Shown here: in pieces, positions 22,930-37,630 of the stretch
How the letters are laid out: every line of letters starts with the position of its first letter
Position numbering within the stretch: position 1 is the stretch's first letter
NCBI RefSeq assembly: GCF_001194135.2
Contig: NC_069007.1
Coordinates: forward strand, 1,831,851-1,895,850
DNA: 64,000 nucleotides
Origin: Octopus bimaculoides
Taxonomy: Eukaryota
Direction: 5' to 3'
Position numbers and translations under genes: made by a program
The notes under the pieces: generated by a model
What the model saw: only the letters and a program-made list of their open reading frames with translations
What the model was told of the DNA's origin: nothing
The model's database searches: none

Positions 22930-25064
22930 CGTGCGTGAATAAACACATACATATAATTCGTCGAGGCCAATTAAGCGAGGCATCTTCTTTCCGAATTGTC
23001 AGAACGATATAATGGGTTCTGTTCCGCTTACTTCATATCTATTAAAGGAACAGCGAATATGAAGCAGAAACGTACCACATTAAAAAAAATATTTTTAAAA
23101 ATCCTTTTTAGGCATCATTCGGAAGTTAAATCAAGGCGAAGTGTGTTGTTACCAGCGCGGTGTAATATATTCTTCTATACACATTTGTTCTTCTATTCAT
23201 GTCAATATCCTCGTCAGTACTGACAAGCATTCTAACTTATTTACATGTGTAATATCTACTCACGTCTGACCATCGACGTACCACTCTGTCCATCAACCTA
23301 ACGTTGACAGAAACAATTAGCAATCCCTTCCTGCAAAGCGTTGTACTGACGCCAGCACGATCTACTCCATGCATTATTTTCTTCCTTTCATTGCGTATTT
23401 CACTGTCAGGTCACTGAAGTATATCTTACATGCGGACATTTCATGTAAATGACAAGCACATAGAATTTTCTGTTAGATAGTAACTGTGCATCAGAGGATG
23501 CGAAATGAAATCATCCGAGGTCGCTTGGAAGGCAATTCTTTACAATTTCCCGTGACCCTCTGTGTCGGTTTCACTCTTAAAACTTGGCATAAACTGCCAT
23601 TCACAAAGTTGTTTTTATCTCCCTCTTCAGGTTTACGATAATAATTCTACTTTGGGCTGCACCAGACCCTTGGAGGGGGTCAGGTATCATCCGCAAATCT
23701 TTCTAACGAATATCCAAGACCCACCTTTGCTAGCCTGCAGTTTGCTGTCACCTCAGTCTGTCTCTTCTACCCTTAATTTTACAGTCTTTGATAATTAAGT
23801 GTTGGTCATCGACTATGACTGTCACTAATGCTGAACGTTATTATGTCTGTTAATCTCTGGTTGCCGATTCTGTAATTAACTGCTCAGGTCAAACGTTACA
23901 GACCATAACATCAAATACCTTCAGTTCCCGTTAGCCAAACGTTCAGCTGTTTAAACAGGATTGCAAACGCATAAATCTCACTGCGTAGAACTGGATTTCT
24001 GGCCACCCAGTATCATATGAGCATAACCTAAGAAATATGATGGCAGTGAGAGTTTGTCAGCACACTTTACGAATCCATAGAGTTTAAACCTTTTGGACAT
24101 AAATTGACAATTCTGCAATATGATGAGAGCGTGTTTTCGGCCTCGGGGTACATTTCGACAGAACGGGTGTGATTCTTAAAAATTTTCCATTTTTAAATAT
24201 ATACATGGGTTTGCTTTTCGCTCATTAAATGTTAAATTTCAAGTGGATTATAAGAGTTGATGCAGATGTGATTTGCACAATAGAGACCAACATTACATTA
24301 AATGAACTGCGGTGTTAGTAGCATCTGCTTTTTTTATTTTTCTCCTTAAACCCTGACGTACTCTACGAAATACGAGTAATCTCAATATTTTTATGTTTAT
24401 TAAACATTATACTCTTAAGAAACTATGAATTTCCTCTCTTGTACAATTCACTTATTTTTGTACACAATGAAAACCAAGATCATTCATGCATTTTTTAAGT
24501 TTCTAAAAAGCTGCGAAGCTTTTGTTTGTTTGTTTGGCATTGCTCTTTGTTGCTAACCATTATTACCCAGAATGCAAACTGCGTTTTCAATGGATTCAGA
24601 TGATTATTTGTATTATTTTTATCCGTATGAATTTCACTTGAAAACTAAAGCTATTGAATAATTGTGAAAGATGGCAAAGATGCATGAATGTAACGCTGTG
24701 AAGAAAAACCAAGATAAAAGCAAACTATAAAAAAAAAACAATATTATATCACGCTAATTTTGAATATTTCCAAACCAAATGTAAAAAAAAATAATAAACT
24801 TGAGAAACTATAAATAAAATGTAAAATCGATATCACAGCATAACAAAACTCAACTAGAGTGTAATGTGAAAATCTCCAGCAGTCGAACACGTGTGCATAA
24901 AAACTTTGTTGTAATCAACATTGAATCCTACGAGATATTTAATGGCAAATTAATTATAAAATAATAGATTTATTACAGGGATTTCTAAGGCACAGTATAC
25001 TACCCAGGAATTTATGTTGTTTTATTATTATTATTATTAAATAAAAACACTGAGAGAGCAGTGC

Positions 25065-25310
25065 ATGCCATGAAAGTGACACTGGGGTAAAATCTACGAA
25101 GCCCAATATACCCATCATGACTACCTCTCTGATAAGGGTACACCAGGCACATGCATCACAACCACATGTCCACGCATGAATTTGTAGGTGGGGCCCAGTT
25201 AGAATTTCTTTCAGGCTGAGTAGGCCACCTGCTCAAAATGTTCCTGGATAAGGGTTGTTTAAGGATGTTGAACATGACACCCATGTTAACAAAGGTGAAT
25301 TATCCAAAGA
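25065..25310. repeat. Probable interspersed repeat, unclassified
   Basis: GC-richer block gagagcagtgcatgccatgaaagtgacactggggtaaa...gtggggcccagttagaattt that I recall as a high-copy octopus repeat; only one copy here. Confidence 0.35.
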
Positions 25311-26256
25311 AAGAAAGATACAAACATTCCAAACATCCCAGGTTCTCCTCATAGATACGCCAAAATACACACAAACAGATACACAAACTCTCAGGACAAT
25401 CGTAAAAATAGGACATATATGGTGACCTATGTGTAGAGTACGGCCTTTGAGAGGAAGATTATAACAAAATCAAATCAGTAATAAGGGTAATAATGCCCGA
25501 GGAGGATTATCCAACGGATATAAAACGTACTTTAATTAATACAGACAGATATAAAAGAGTGAGGGAAACATTTGGCAATGGTACAGACACACTGGGACCA
25601 AAGGTGTGATACGAAATTCTACCTTCTGTGATAATATATGAAGATTTGTGACAGTACATGGTAGTGTAACCATTTTCCATATGATTTTAAACTGATAAAC
25701 ATTGGCACGAAAGAAGAGTTAAATTGTACTAATCGGGAGTGGGGCTCGAGTAGCCATCGCATCCTCATTATATTATATTTCCATTTTCATTAATCCATCT
25801 ATGTTTTATGTCCCCAATTTGTATTCTCAAACACTTCTCAAGCACGTAGTTTTGAGTTCAATCTAACTACGCGGCATGTTCCCCAGGTATATTCTCCTAT
25901 CCGGGATTGATCAATGCCTTCGCTCTGATTGTCTTACACGTACAATACATACAAACGTACCTGTATACATACATACAAATATATATATATATATGTATGT
26001 ATATTTATATATACATACACACATACGCACATTTAAACACACACACACACACACACACACACGTGTGTGTGTCTTTATGTGACTTCCACAAAAGCTTCAC
26101 AACCGCAGCTGGTTTGTTAATGTCAGAGTAAGTTGGACAAAGAGGGCGAGACTTTATCTATACACTTGGGTTCATGTGTTCAATTAAACTTCTCAGTACA
26201 GCTTGGTCACAGACTAATGATCGAAAGAAGTGAAAGAAAACGATTCCTCTGCTTGT

Positions 26257-26292
<36 letters not shown>

Positions 26293-26304
26293 ACGTGTTT
26301 GCTA

Positions 26305-26690
26305 TTCATTTACTTGCTTCAATTATTAAACTGCGGCCATGATGAGGCACCACTTTATTCTGTTTTTAGTCGAACACATCCACCCTAATACTTGTTCTTT
26401 AACCTAGCAAAAATGTTATATTGGCCTCTTTCGCCGAACGCAAACCAACCAACGCTCAACACTTGTTTTCAAGCGAAAATAGAGAAAGACACATGCAAAA
26501 GGACACACACATAGATATATACATACATACATGCATTGCATACATACATAGATATATACATACATGACGAGCTTGTTTTAGTTTTCGTGTACAAAATCCA
26601 CTCAAAGAATAGGTTGGTCTGGATCTCAAGGTACCATGGTGTGGGATTGAATCCTGAACTATGTGGCTTATAAGCCAATTTCATACCTCA
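26305..26690 (-). mobile_element. SINE family B, old copy
   Basis: ttacttgcttca..att.aactgcggccatg, tagtcgaac, gccgaacgc, aaatccactca, gggattgaatcctgaactatgtgg. Confidence 0.65.
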
Positions 26691-27947
26691 AAACCTCATG
26701 GAAGAAAATGTTCATAATAAATTTATAGATAGTGAGGCTTTCAATGAACACGATGGGAATGATGTGTGGAATGTTAGCAGAAATGATAATGAAAATGGCG
26801 ACGACACCTACGAAGAGGCGAGCGATTATACTTTACAAGGCATGAACATGAGTAACAGAAACTAAAGGTGTAAAAATCCATAACAGCAACAAGTATTTAA
26901 AACTGAAGAGAGAAATTCTAACTGTATTTAGAAGAAGAAAAATTTTAACATTATCAACAACAGCAAAAATAAAGGCAACAAGGCAGCCACCACCACAACA
27001 ACAACTTAACAACGTTAGTATCAAGAACGATTATAACCTAGGTGACACATTCGTATATTTAGAAATTAAAGTGACATTTCTTCCTGTGATTTATGCAGTT
27101 TTGTACAAAATCTAATTGAACATAAACTAACTTTACAACTATAATTATTGCAGTAGAAATGACCGGGATTTGACTTGTTTAAAGGGCCAAGTGCTTCCTA
27201 ATACATTTGTATTCGTTAGTTGTGAAAAGCTGAAGTCAATAATTATTAGCAGGAGAATCAAATGTCCAAATACTAAGTTGGCATTTATTCAGCTGAAAGG
27301 TCGAAGGTCAAATCGCACTTTCTTTAATTTCAAGATAACCAGTTGTGAGTTATTAGGCTTTGATCGTCTCTTAAATTTTACAGAAGAATAAAATGTCATG
27401 TTGAGTTGGACAAGTGCCAACAAAACTGAATTTGTTGCATAACAACGGACGAAATTCTAATGCAGAGCGAACTTAAAGTACCGATTGGGCGCTATTAATA
27501 AAATATCATACAAATTATATTTATTTAATTATACGAATTTTCGTTCTTTTTTTTATAGTAGTTAAAGATTTTGTTGTGTGTTTTTTTTAAATTCTAATGT
27601 GTGGTTTTTCTAAAATTTTATTCAAGAAAATTCTATTTCTATCAGTCTGAATAACGATTGATTTTTTATTTTTTTTATTTTTCCTTTTTAATTTCTGGTT
27701 CCTTGGTACACTTTACTTGTACCGAAAATAATCACTCACGAATACGCTTAAACATATTACACACACATACACACACACACACACACACACGTACACACAT
27801 ACCAACTCAATAGCACATGCAAGCATACATACACACGCTCACACATTCACGAAGACATACAGGGATACATACACTCATACACACTTACTCAGACTTATAA
27901 GCATACACACGCACGATCGCACCTTTATTTGCACACTATAAGCATAT

Positions 27948-28118
27948 TCGTTTAAGTGTGGCCATACTGGAGCAGCGCCTCTAGTCGAACAAATCGACAC
28001 CAAGACTTATTCTCTCGGTCTCTTTTGCCGAACTATCATCATGCTACCTTTTCCTACGAGTTACGGGGACGTAAAAGCACCAACAGCGGTTGTGAAGCGA
28101 TGGTAGGGAGGCAAATAT

Positions 28119-28167
<49 letters not shown>

Positions 28168-28368
28168 CGCGCGTGTGTGTGTGTGCGGGTGTGTATGAAT
28201 GTATACGACGAGCTTCTTACAGTTTCCGTCTACTAAATCCACTCACAAGGCGTTAGTCAGCCTAGGCTATACGAGAAGACACTTGCCCGAGGTGCCACGC
28301 AGTAAAATTGAACCCAGAACCATGTGGTTGCGAAGCCAGCTCCTTACCATACAGCCACGCTTGTGCCT
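27948..28368 (-). mobile_element. SINE family B, near full length
   Basis: gtggccatactggagcagcgcctctagtcgaacaaatcgac...gttacggggacgtaaa...cagtttccgtctactaaatccactcacaagg...ttgaacccagaaccatgtggttg. Confidence 0.85.
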
Positions 28369-29254
28369 ATATATTCATACCCTAAGACAATCACTGACTT
28401 GTATAAGCATGCAAATACACAAACATTCACTCGCAGAGACGCACACACACCAATACACAAGCACACAAATACACACACACACACAAACACACATTCACAC
28501 GCACACACAAGAATACTTACACACGCTCAAATATACATCGTACCTCAGCTGCAGATAAACAGTTGTAAGTTATATCGCATGAGAAATTCTGTACATCAAA
28601 ATTGTAGCAAGAATTCCAGAATATATCTGGGTTCTTCTGTTCTAAACACTAACCCCATTCCATCCTGCTGTTCTATGCAGCCGCCAGAGCAAACGAAGTG
28701 CAGCTGTACCCGTTGTACATATTTAAGCCTGGCAGGAATTGTTTTTGTTTGATATTATTGTGTGAACTTTGTAGTAAACAAAAATGAACGAGTGAATGAC
28801 AGCCTTCTTTATTAAAGTTTGAATTATGTTTGTCGTATGTAAAGTAAACAAGATGATAATTCCGGAAATGAGGTCTCCGTCTTCTAAAACCGGTGATGAG
28901 AGCACTTGAAGAAAAGTCGGATTAAAAACAAATCGTTATGTCCGTCCGGATATGCAATCATCTTTCTCTCGTTTACTCCCTTTCTATCTCTCTCTCTTTC
29001 TATTTCTCTCATTCTCTTTCTTTCCTTCTTTCTTTTCTTTCTTTGTTTTTTATATTTATTTAGTTACACACGCACAGTTACACAAATGCAGACGTCTATA
29101 GGCTTCCACATAAATGTGTGTCTGTATAATGTACATGTACACACACACACACAAGTATACACACACATCTATATACACACATATTTAGATAGCTACATAT
29201 ATAGATATATACTACATATACATACATACATATTCTATATGCATATATGCATAC

Positions 29255-29255
<1 letters not shown>

Positions 29256-29345
<90 letters not shown>
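29256..29345. repeat. (TA)45 microsatellite
   Basis: Pure TA run. Confidence 0.95.
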
Positions 29346-29348
<3 letters not shown>

Positions 29349-29460
29349 AGAGAGAGAAAGAGAGAGACATAAGCATGTGTGTCTATATATAGGCACATGC
29401 ATATGCGTCTATATTTATATACATATATGTGTCTGTGTGTATAGATATAGACACATATAC

Positions 29461-29499
<39 letters not shown>

Positions 29500-30580
29500 C
29501 ATTCATTCGCACACATTCACACACACACACACACACATGGACATGTATATGAAGTATGAATAAGTGTGATTTTTGCGTGTGCATGCGTAAATGCAGGTGT
29601 ATGTGTAGGTGGGAATAAGTGTGTGTGAGAGAATGAGTATGTGAGTGTATTTGTAACTTCTTTCATCTTAGCTGTTTCCTTTCTCTTGTGTTTTAAATAT
29701 TTTGTCTTTATTTTCTGTTTGTTTTCACACACTTCATTCATGAAAGTGCAATATTCATTAATATATTTATTTACTTTTATTCGTGTGCTATTCACAACAC
29801 TAAAAATTTAATTATTAATTTTCATTATCTCAGGCAGGAAAAGATGTTTGTTTTTAAAAATTAACAATAAGGAGAAGACTATGCGAATTTTAGACAAATT
29901 ATGCTGCATATTATTTTTTAATTTATTTTATTTGTTTTAATTATGTTTCTTAAGTCCTGTGAATAAATTTCCTTGGTGTCTAGACGCATTGTCATCAGCT
30001 TAATGACAGAATCTGAATCAGGAAGATATCACAGCAAAGAATTGTGTATAACGTTATGAAGATCGCCATGATATGTGTTGGCCTGTTCCACTGTTAACAA
30101 CTTTAACTATGGAACGAAATCGGCGACTAAATTGAAGACAGATCTAACGTAATAACACAATCTCATGAAAAACTATAAAGTTATGCATGCACATCGATTG
30201 AAAGATTATTTATAAAACACGAATTTCCTATGGAATTAGTAGTCAAGCAATTATTAGAATATAGAATACATTTTATAAACTCTATGATTCCTGGTTAGAG
30301 AGATGTGTTGTGAGATATTTAATGCAAAAACGTGTCAATATCTGATAATGCCAAGTACATAGTTGTTTAATGTGTTATGGCCGTCAATGTTAAATTGTTG
30401 AATTTCAGCCTATATTTCGGATATTTACGGTTGTGGCGATATGGTGAATTGATAGTGTATTCGTCGTACACTCTGCCTGCTAGAAATAGCAATAAATGTC
30501 CTTAAATTTATATCCTGCCGTGTGGAAAAAGATAATAATTTTAGTACAGCTGTATATTTTTGAGATGATCATTTTCTTTC

Positions 30581-30799
30581 ATGTATTCATCGGAGTTTTG
30601 TCCTCATCTTGATTGTGGCCTTCACTATGGTTCGGTTGTGTACACTCCTGGTTTCTGCAGTCGTCTAAAGCTTCTGACTGCAATCCATGGCGAGGCACTG
30701 AGGTGAATAATAAGACACATCAAGAAGGCTGGGGTGTATACAACCGAAACGTAGTGAAAAGGAACAATCAGGATGAAGCCAACACTCCGGCAAATACAT
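30581..30799. mobile_element. Inverted pair of hammerhead-bearing arms (Penelope-type terminal repeat relic)
   Basis: 30581-30665 is the reverse complement of 30714-30799; both arms are homologous to 42315-42399; right arm reads GACAC AUCAAGA AGGCUGGGGUGUAUACAACC GAAA CG UA GUG. Confidence 0.7.
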
Positions 30800-33700
30800 A
30801 GTTACTCTAGGACAATCTACGTTTCTTGTACTCGTAGGAAAAAGATGGCATGATGATGGTTTGGTCGGTGCTTTCTTCGATTACGGTCGAACTGAATCCA
30901 AACAACCCCAACAACAAGAATATCAACAACAACAGTAACAGCATCAATAAGGCAAAAATCTTGTTTGTCATGGCTAGTTAAGAGGAATCCACCTCACATC
31001 CAATTATTTCATGAAGACATACCATGTAAATTTGGTTTGGAATAAGAAGCTGCTAATTAAAAGAAAATCTTTGAACCACGAACAGCAAAATATAGTCCGA
31101 GAAATGCAATGAGCAGAATTAAAAATTGGAAAGAACACCATCTCTTTCACAGGTGAAATGAGTATGCGACCAACATTGTTACGAGTCAACCAATGAGCGT
31201 CTACTTGATTGCCTCACCTGCTAGAAATAGCAACCAAAATTCTTACAAATTACACCGTACTGAATGTCAATAGAAATCCTACAACAGCCCTACAGGATTC
31301 TATGTGCAAGAACCAGTATAGAGGATGACAATATTTGGAACATAATCGTAATATGTTAGAAAGTTCCAGGAGAACTGACATTTAGGCAGAACAATAAGAG
31401 CGACATGCACATCTTATTGATTTGCTTCAGGAATAAAGACAGGGGAAAATAATTCTTTCAACAAACATCCGTCATGACAATGTACATCAAATTTATATTT
31501 TACGTTTTCTAGAGAGAATTATATTCAGAAATATTGGCACAACAACGTTCAAGTTTTACACAACAACTTGTCATAAGGTTTCGTGATTGAAGTTACATGT
31601 ATTACCACATATTGTAGTGTATTTGTGAACATATCTAGTTTTAATTTTAATTATTTGAAGCTTTTTCCGTAAGGAGATAGATGATTTCTAACAAAGATAC
31701 AATGATTCGTCGCTGGAATGTAAATAGAATTATCTATTCACATTTTTAACTTTAGAAAAGTCTTGCATAGTTTTACCAATTCCATTTGCAATGTTGACAC
31801 ACACACACACACACACACACAAACGCATCATCCCCCCCACCACCACCACCACACAAACAAATAATCACAGACATTCACACGAACAGACACACAAATGCAC
31901 ATACGAATTTGAATTCGACAAGATGGAATGACAGACTTTATTAGAAATCAGTACAATTCTTTCAGCGCATCATTATCAGCTGGTAATTACTGAATATTAC
32001 ATATATCATGCCCATTATTGCATTAATATGATCCAAAAATAGCTGGGTGCGTCTTCTATTGCAATGGAATTCTAAAAATAACGCAATAGTATGAATATAA
32101 TACATATAGAAACTAAAGATTATCTGTGATTTGGATGTCACTCACCTGAAGACACGCATGTATACAGCAATTGGTGGACCATACTAAACCAATAATGTGT
32201 AAACGATATCTAACATTTAGCAATTAACAGCTGATAATGATGCGCCGAAACAATTACAATGATTTTTAATAAAACCTCTTTCCATTTTTCATCGTAAAAT
32301 TCTTTTATATAGAATCTACGGATACGTGCGGATTTCCACGTGTGCATCCAATAAAAATGAGTCCTAATCGATAGCCGATAAAGGAAGAAGAACTTTGGAA
32401 AGCTCTACGCAGCTATACGTGGTTTAACTTTTATTTCTAGCAATATACCTGCTTGTAGCTATACAATGAGAAATAGTGACGACTAAACTTCGTCTATCTG
32501 GTTTGTATTGTTCCCAGCGTTCCACATTAAATTTGTACACATTTTTGTGTTTGTGTGTTTATGTATGATTACATGTAATCAAATACTAGTAGCTCCAAAT
32601 AATGTGTAGAAAAGTAAGCTGCGTTACTTTCTCCCTATTTCGAATTAGCGTACTCAAGACAAAGCAGCTGATTCCGTTGTTTGTTGATTGCGTAACGAAT
32701 AAAGCTGTTAGCTATTACTATCATTGAAAAATACAGGGACATGTAATAAAACCCGTTTTAAGGGGTTGGGATGGTGTTTATATTTAGTAGGGTAAACGCT
32801 AGTAAATTGCAAAGGAAAATGCGAAATATACAACACGCCCCGCTCCTGGATGTACAGCATGACTATCAACTGCTACGATAGACAATAGTTATAAATGCAC
32901 CAGTTTGATGGAGCAGAGCATGGAGACAACAAAAATAATATTTTTAACTTGAATAGAGAAGCATTTGGTGTATATGCTTTTATTTTCTCAGTTAAATATT
33001 ATTGAGATCATAATTTCTAGTGAAAAAAACAATTGTTTTGCTTCGATGAAGAATTAATGACGAGCATTCATTGACTTGGAGAAGGCCTTGGAAAAATCTA
33101 CAATCTGGAATATGATGTGTTTTAAGATAATTAGAGATAGATTAATGAGATGTGAGAGATGTACGAGTCAGTCAGGAGATAGCAGAAATAGTCCTGAGGA
33201 CATGACAAATTCTCTAGTGCTTCGGCCACATTAATATGCATGCCATGAATTCTACAAAGTCTGGTTTATTAATTTTTTTTTGTTTTGTTAATGGCATCCT
33301 GCTGTTGAAAGAAGAGAATTTACAAAACTTGGTCCAAGTGTTCGTCGAGGCAGGCAGTAACACCAAATAAAATGTAATTACATGCGTGACGACCCGTCCA
33401 CCAAATTCCGGTGAGGAAAGCGGAATGGTGGTGGAACGATGATGATTTAAATATCAAGACCAAGTTGTTATACAGTTCACTTCAGTGATATAAATTTAAT
33501 GAAGCTTAATAAATCGATGGTTTAATAGGAATTTAAGTGTTGTAAATTCAATAATTAAATAAATATAATGAATAGAGAGGGCAATAATTAAGTCTAAGTT
33601 TAGACAATTAATTAAATGTATTGAAGCATCCGGGTCTATCAGTCGCTATTGTGTAGATTTTCCGATATATTATTCCAAAGTAGGAAAAGCTATAACGAAG

Positions 33701-34349
33701 AAGAAAGCAATCGTTGTTAGTGGGAATATAGTGTCGTAGGTGGTGACAAAAAACTTCGTTGAAACAGTAGTCCGTTTTGGCAATGTTTTTGAAAAAATTA
33801 ATAGTCTAGAATAGCTAGAAGAATATACTAATAGACTAGATATCAGTGATGATGTGTGTTCAAAAAAATTATTGCCTATTTGGAAACATAATAGCTATTT
33901 TTTTTTAATATTTACTTGAAAGATTATTGGTTTTTATCTGTAATATATTTTTATTTCCACTTTAACTATAGATCTTTTCTCTATTTTATGATAATCTACT
34001 TTAATGTTACCTCATAATAATTTATATTGTTGGTTATATTCCAATGTATTCACGTTCACACACTTTTCTATATTATTAGGTTATGCCATTGTTTCAACAT
34101 ATACTAAAAGTTTCCAAGTCACAGCAGGTAACCTACACATGTATGTTAGTTATTAACCGATCATGCAAAATAAATTCTTACTTGAAGATATATAAGCCTT
34201 TGCATTAGGCAATACCATTGTTCAACAAATGCCGGAATATTACAAGAATATCTATTTGACACATATACATATTACCGATACGATTCAACTCTATCAGATT
34301 TTGTTGTTTTATACAACGTTTATGATGATTTCGTGAAGAGGTGGGGATT

Positions 34350-34628
34350 TCTATTTCGAGTATTCACACCACGATTCTAAGGTCGTGGGTGACATTCCAG
34401 GCAGCGAGTTGTGTTCTTGAGCAAGGCACTTCATTTCACGTGGCTCCAGTTTACTCAGCGGACAAAAATTAGTTGTACCTGTGATTCACAGGTCCAGCCT
34501 TGTCACCTATGCCATACTGAATCTCCGTTAGAGCTACATGAAGGGTACACGTGTCCGTGGTGTGCTCAGCCATCTGCAAGTTAATTTCACAAGCAGACTA
34601 TTCCGTTGATCATAACTAATGAAGCGCC
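34350..34628 (+). mobile_element. tRNA-derived SINE, family C
   Basis: ttgtgttcttgagcaaggcacttcatttcacgtggctccagtttactcagc...gggtacacgtgtccgtggtgtgctcagcca..tgcaagttaatttcacaagcag. Confidence 0.8.
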
Positions 34629-35252
34629 AGATTTTATCTGTATTTCTCTCATTTACTTTTAAGTAATTATATAATATTTTACAGATCTTCCGTGTTGTAA
34701 CTACAGAATTCACTCTATTGCTCATTTCCAATTTTATTGTAATTCACATTAAAGTTACATTATAATTACTTACAATCTAGAATATATTGCTGCTTAGTCA
34801 TCTCCGTAATTTTTTAAAGAAATGGTACCATGAATATTTCGTTTGTAATCAATCTTATTAAATAGTGCCTGTGTTCCAACCTACTCTAAAATATGTTTGT
34901 AACAACACCTGGCTCACACTCACAGTATTCGCATGAAAATATAGTACAACATTATGTCATTTGCTCTAAATTATACACTTTACTATTTTAATTCAAAATA
35001 TTGTTTAAAATACAAATTAAATGCATACCGTTTTCATCATCTCGTTTACGTGACAAACATCTATCGCTGAACTTCGCGATATTTCGATATTAGCGTGTCA
35101 CTTCATAAGAAAATAGATATTCAAATCTATGCCCCTTGTTTAATTTATTTTTTATAAATATGTATGAATATGGTGCTATGTACATACATATATGCATGTA
35201 TATATATATATGTATGTATCTATCTATCTATCTACCTCTCTCTCTATCTATG

Positions 35253-35283
<31 letters not shown>

Positions 35284-35606
35284 TTATAAGCTACTACGCA
35301 AAGCTATATAGTTATTTATTTATAAACTACTATGCAAGGCTATATAGTCAAATGATTTTTTAAAAGTTATTTTAAAATTTAGCTCTGTAATTAACTGAAG
35401 TAAGTGGCATAATAAATGGGTATTTCGTGAATACTTTGAAATGTAAAACGTGTACCTTAATTATAAAACGTTATAAAACCTGATTTTCTAATTTTCCCTA
35501 ACATATCAACACTTTAAAGCCATAAAGCCACTAATACATTTTCACATCTTTCCAGATTATTTCGGAATCCATTTGTATTCTCCATGATATATATTAAATT
35601 TCTAGT

Positions 35607-36285
35607 ATGTCTAAAGCTACAAAGTTTTCCGAAAATGAACAAGGGACGATTCTTGCACCGAAAGTGGAAGGAATGAGTAACCGGAAGATGACCGGGGAGA
35701 TTTGACGAAGTAGAATGCCAGTGGACAATTTTCTGAAAGATGCGGACGGCTACCACAGGATTTCTGCTGGTGGATCTCCCAAGGCTACATCAGAAAGGGA
35801 CGAAAGGACCATTGTCAGAGCTGTAAAGAAATTAAGCTGCTCTTCTGTTTCCAAAATCAAGGCATCAGCAGATGTATGGGGTTCAATATCCACGGTAACC
35901 TGAACAAGTGGCTAGGACGTCCTTTATTATCCCCCTCCCACATAAGTGTTAGATTAGAGTTTGTTCGGCAGCAGCTGACGTGGGATGGCGAATGGACCAG
36001 GGTTCTGTTCTCTGATGAGCAAAAATGAAATTTGGATGGTGTTGGGCAGATAAATGTATACGAAACAACACTTCTTCCAAGTGGCAGAAATAATGCAGCA
36101 GAGGTCTTATGGTGTGGGGAGCAATATATGCCAATGGAAAGCTGCAACTTTTCTTCATGGACAGCTATTTCAATGTTGCACAATATATCGGTATGTTGGA
36201 CGGGGCTCGCATTTACAAAGAAGGGAGAAGGCTCCATAGCAAGAACTTCAAATTTCAATAGGACAATGCTCTTATTCATAAAGCC
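35607..36285 (+). mobile_element. Tc3-like (Tc1/mariner) transposase pseudogene, 3'-truncated
   Basis: MSKATKFSENEQGTIL...GMSNRKM..EI*RS...VDNFLKD..GY......SPKATSERDERTIVRA (HTH region); RLEFVRQQLTWDGEWTRVLFSDEQK*NLDG; NVAQYIGML...KNFKFQ*DNALIHKA; several stops and frameshifts, third catalytic residue missing. Confidence 0.9.
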
Positions 36286-36919
36286 AATACACGTAGGTAC
36301 ATACGTGCCTAAATATATACATATAACATTGACGGGTTTCTACAAACTTATGAAACACACGAGAATATGTTCTAATCAAATATACTTTTACTTGTTTTTG
36401 AAAGAATCTTTTGGTAAATTATTTGTAGCGTGTTTCGTTATGAACGTGAATGTGTGTTTGTGTGTGCATGTGCGTTCTTGTATGTATGTGTGTGTCTATA
36501 GATGAGTGTATGTATGTTTGCATATATAGCTATATATATCTATGAATGCATCATGCATGTATTTATGTATGTATGTATGTATGATTTTTAATTCCATGAC
36601 AAAAAAAGACTTCATCTCTAAGAACAGCAGGTGGAAGACAACTGACGAGATAACCTGCAGCCACAGGTGAAGTGAAGATTCTGAGTGTTTGGACTAGCTG
36701 ACGAAATATCCTTCAATGATGATGTGACAAAGCATGACATTATTTAATTAACTTTTTCCACGCATTCAATAGTTTCATGATATCAATTTCTGTTCATGAA
36801 GTAAACAGCACTTCACAATTAAATATTTTATGCGATTCTCTAGCATCGTAATCACAAGACTAATTCTATTCATTTTCTACCCTTATTAAGGATTTCAGCT
36901 CTCTCAATTTTCATTATCC

Positions 36920-36921
<2 letters not shown>

Positions 36922-36960
<39 letters not shown>

Positions 36961-37005
36961 GATGTTGTTGTTGTTGTTGTTGTTAGTATTGTGGTCGTTG
37001 TTGTC
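36922..37005. repeat. (ATT)n then (GTT)n trinucleotide tract
   Basis: Direct reading. Confidence 0.9.
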
Positions 37006-37529
37006 ATTACTTCGTAATGCTCCCTGCTATTCCTTTTGTTTCCACGTAGAATTTTCCCCATTTTTCTAAATGGTGTTTGGTTTTATTATTTATTAATTTT
37101 TCTATGATAATTAGTAATATTTTTCAGATTCGTTGTATAATGTCTTTTTATTTTGTATATTTTCTCATTTTTCCTGCCAAAACTAACATTGAATTCATTG
37201 CTCCTTTTTAATAAAGAGATACATGTATATCATTAACACTCGACTTAAACGTCGTTCGAATTTGATGTGACTAAAATCTGATCGAAATCATTTTTGAATT
37301 GTCACCATCAGGACTTTTTACAGGTAAATGTAGACAGAATTACATTTAGAAATAATTTTCGTTCTAAAATCACGCGTTCAAGTGAGCGACTGGACTATCG
37401 GGTTTTGTTAAAACGTCGCTAGTTAGTGTTCTTTGCATACTTTTAACTTTCAAAAGATCTTCCTGGTTGGCTAGGCGGGCAGGTCAATATTCACTCTGAA
37501 GAGAATGTTAACCTGTCGCTAGATTACCC

Positions 37530-37630
37530 ATTTGCAGCTGAGGTAAATGGACCAACACGAAATGAAGTGTTTTTCTCAATAACGCAACGTTCCACCGGGC
37601 TGAAAATCGAAACCGCAATCTCCCGATATT
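37530..37630 (-). mobile_element. SINE family C-like head/core, decayed
   Basis: ccatttgcagctgaggtaaatggaccaacacgaaatgaagtgtttttctcaa...aatcgaaaccgcaatc. Confidence 0.5.

Noticed and set aside
23631-23683. 53-nt candidate exon (pyrimidine tract-cag ... CAG/gtatca)
   Set aside because: No recognisable peptide and no partner exons; such signals occur by chance in 64 kb.
36010-36035. ctgatga...gaaa motif
   Set aside because: It is the SDE codons of the Tc3-like transposase and no stems form.
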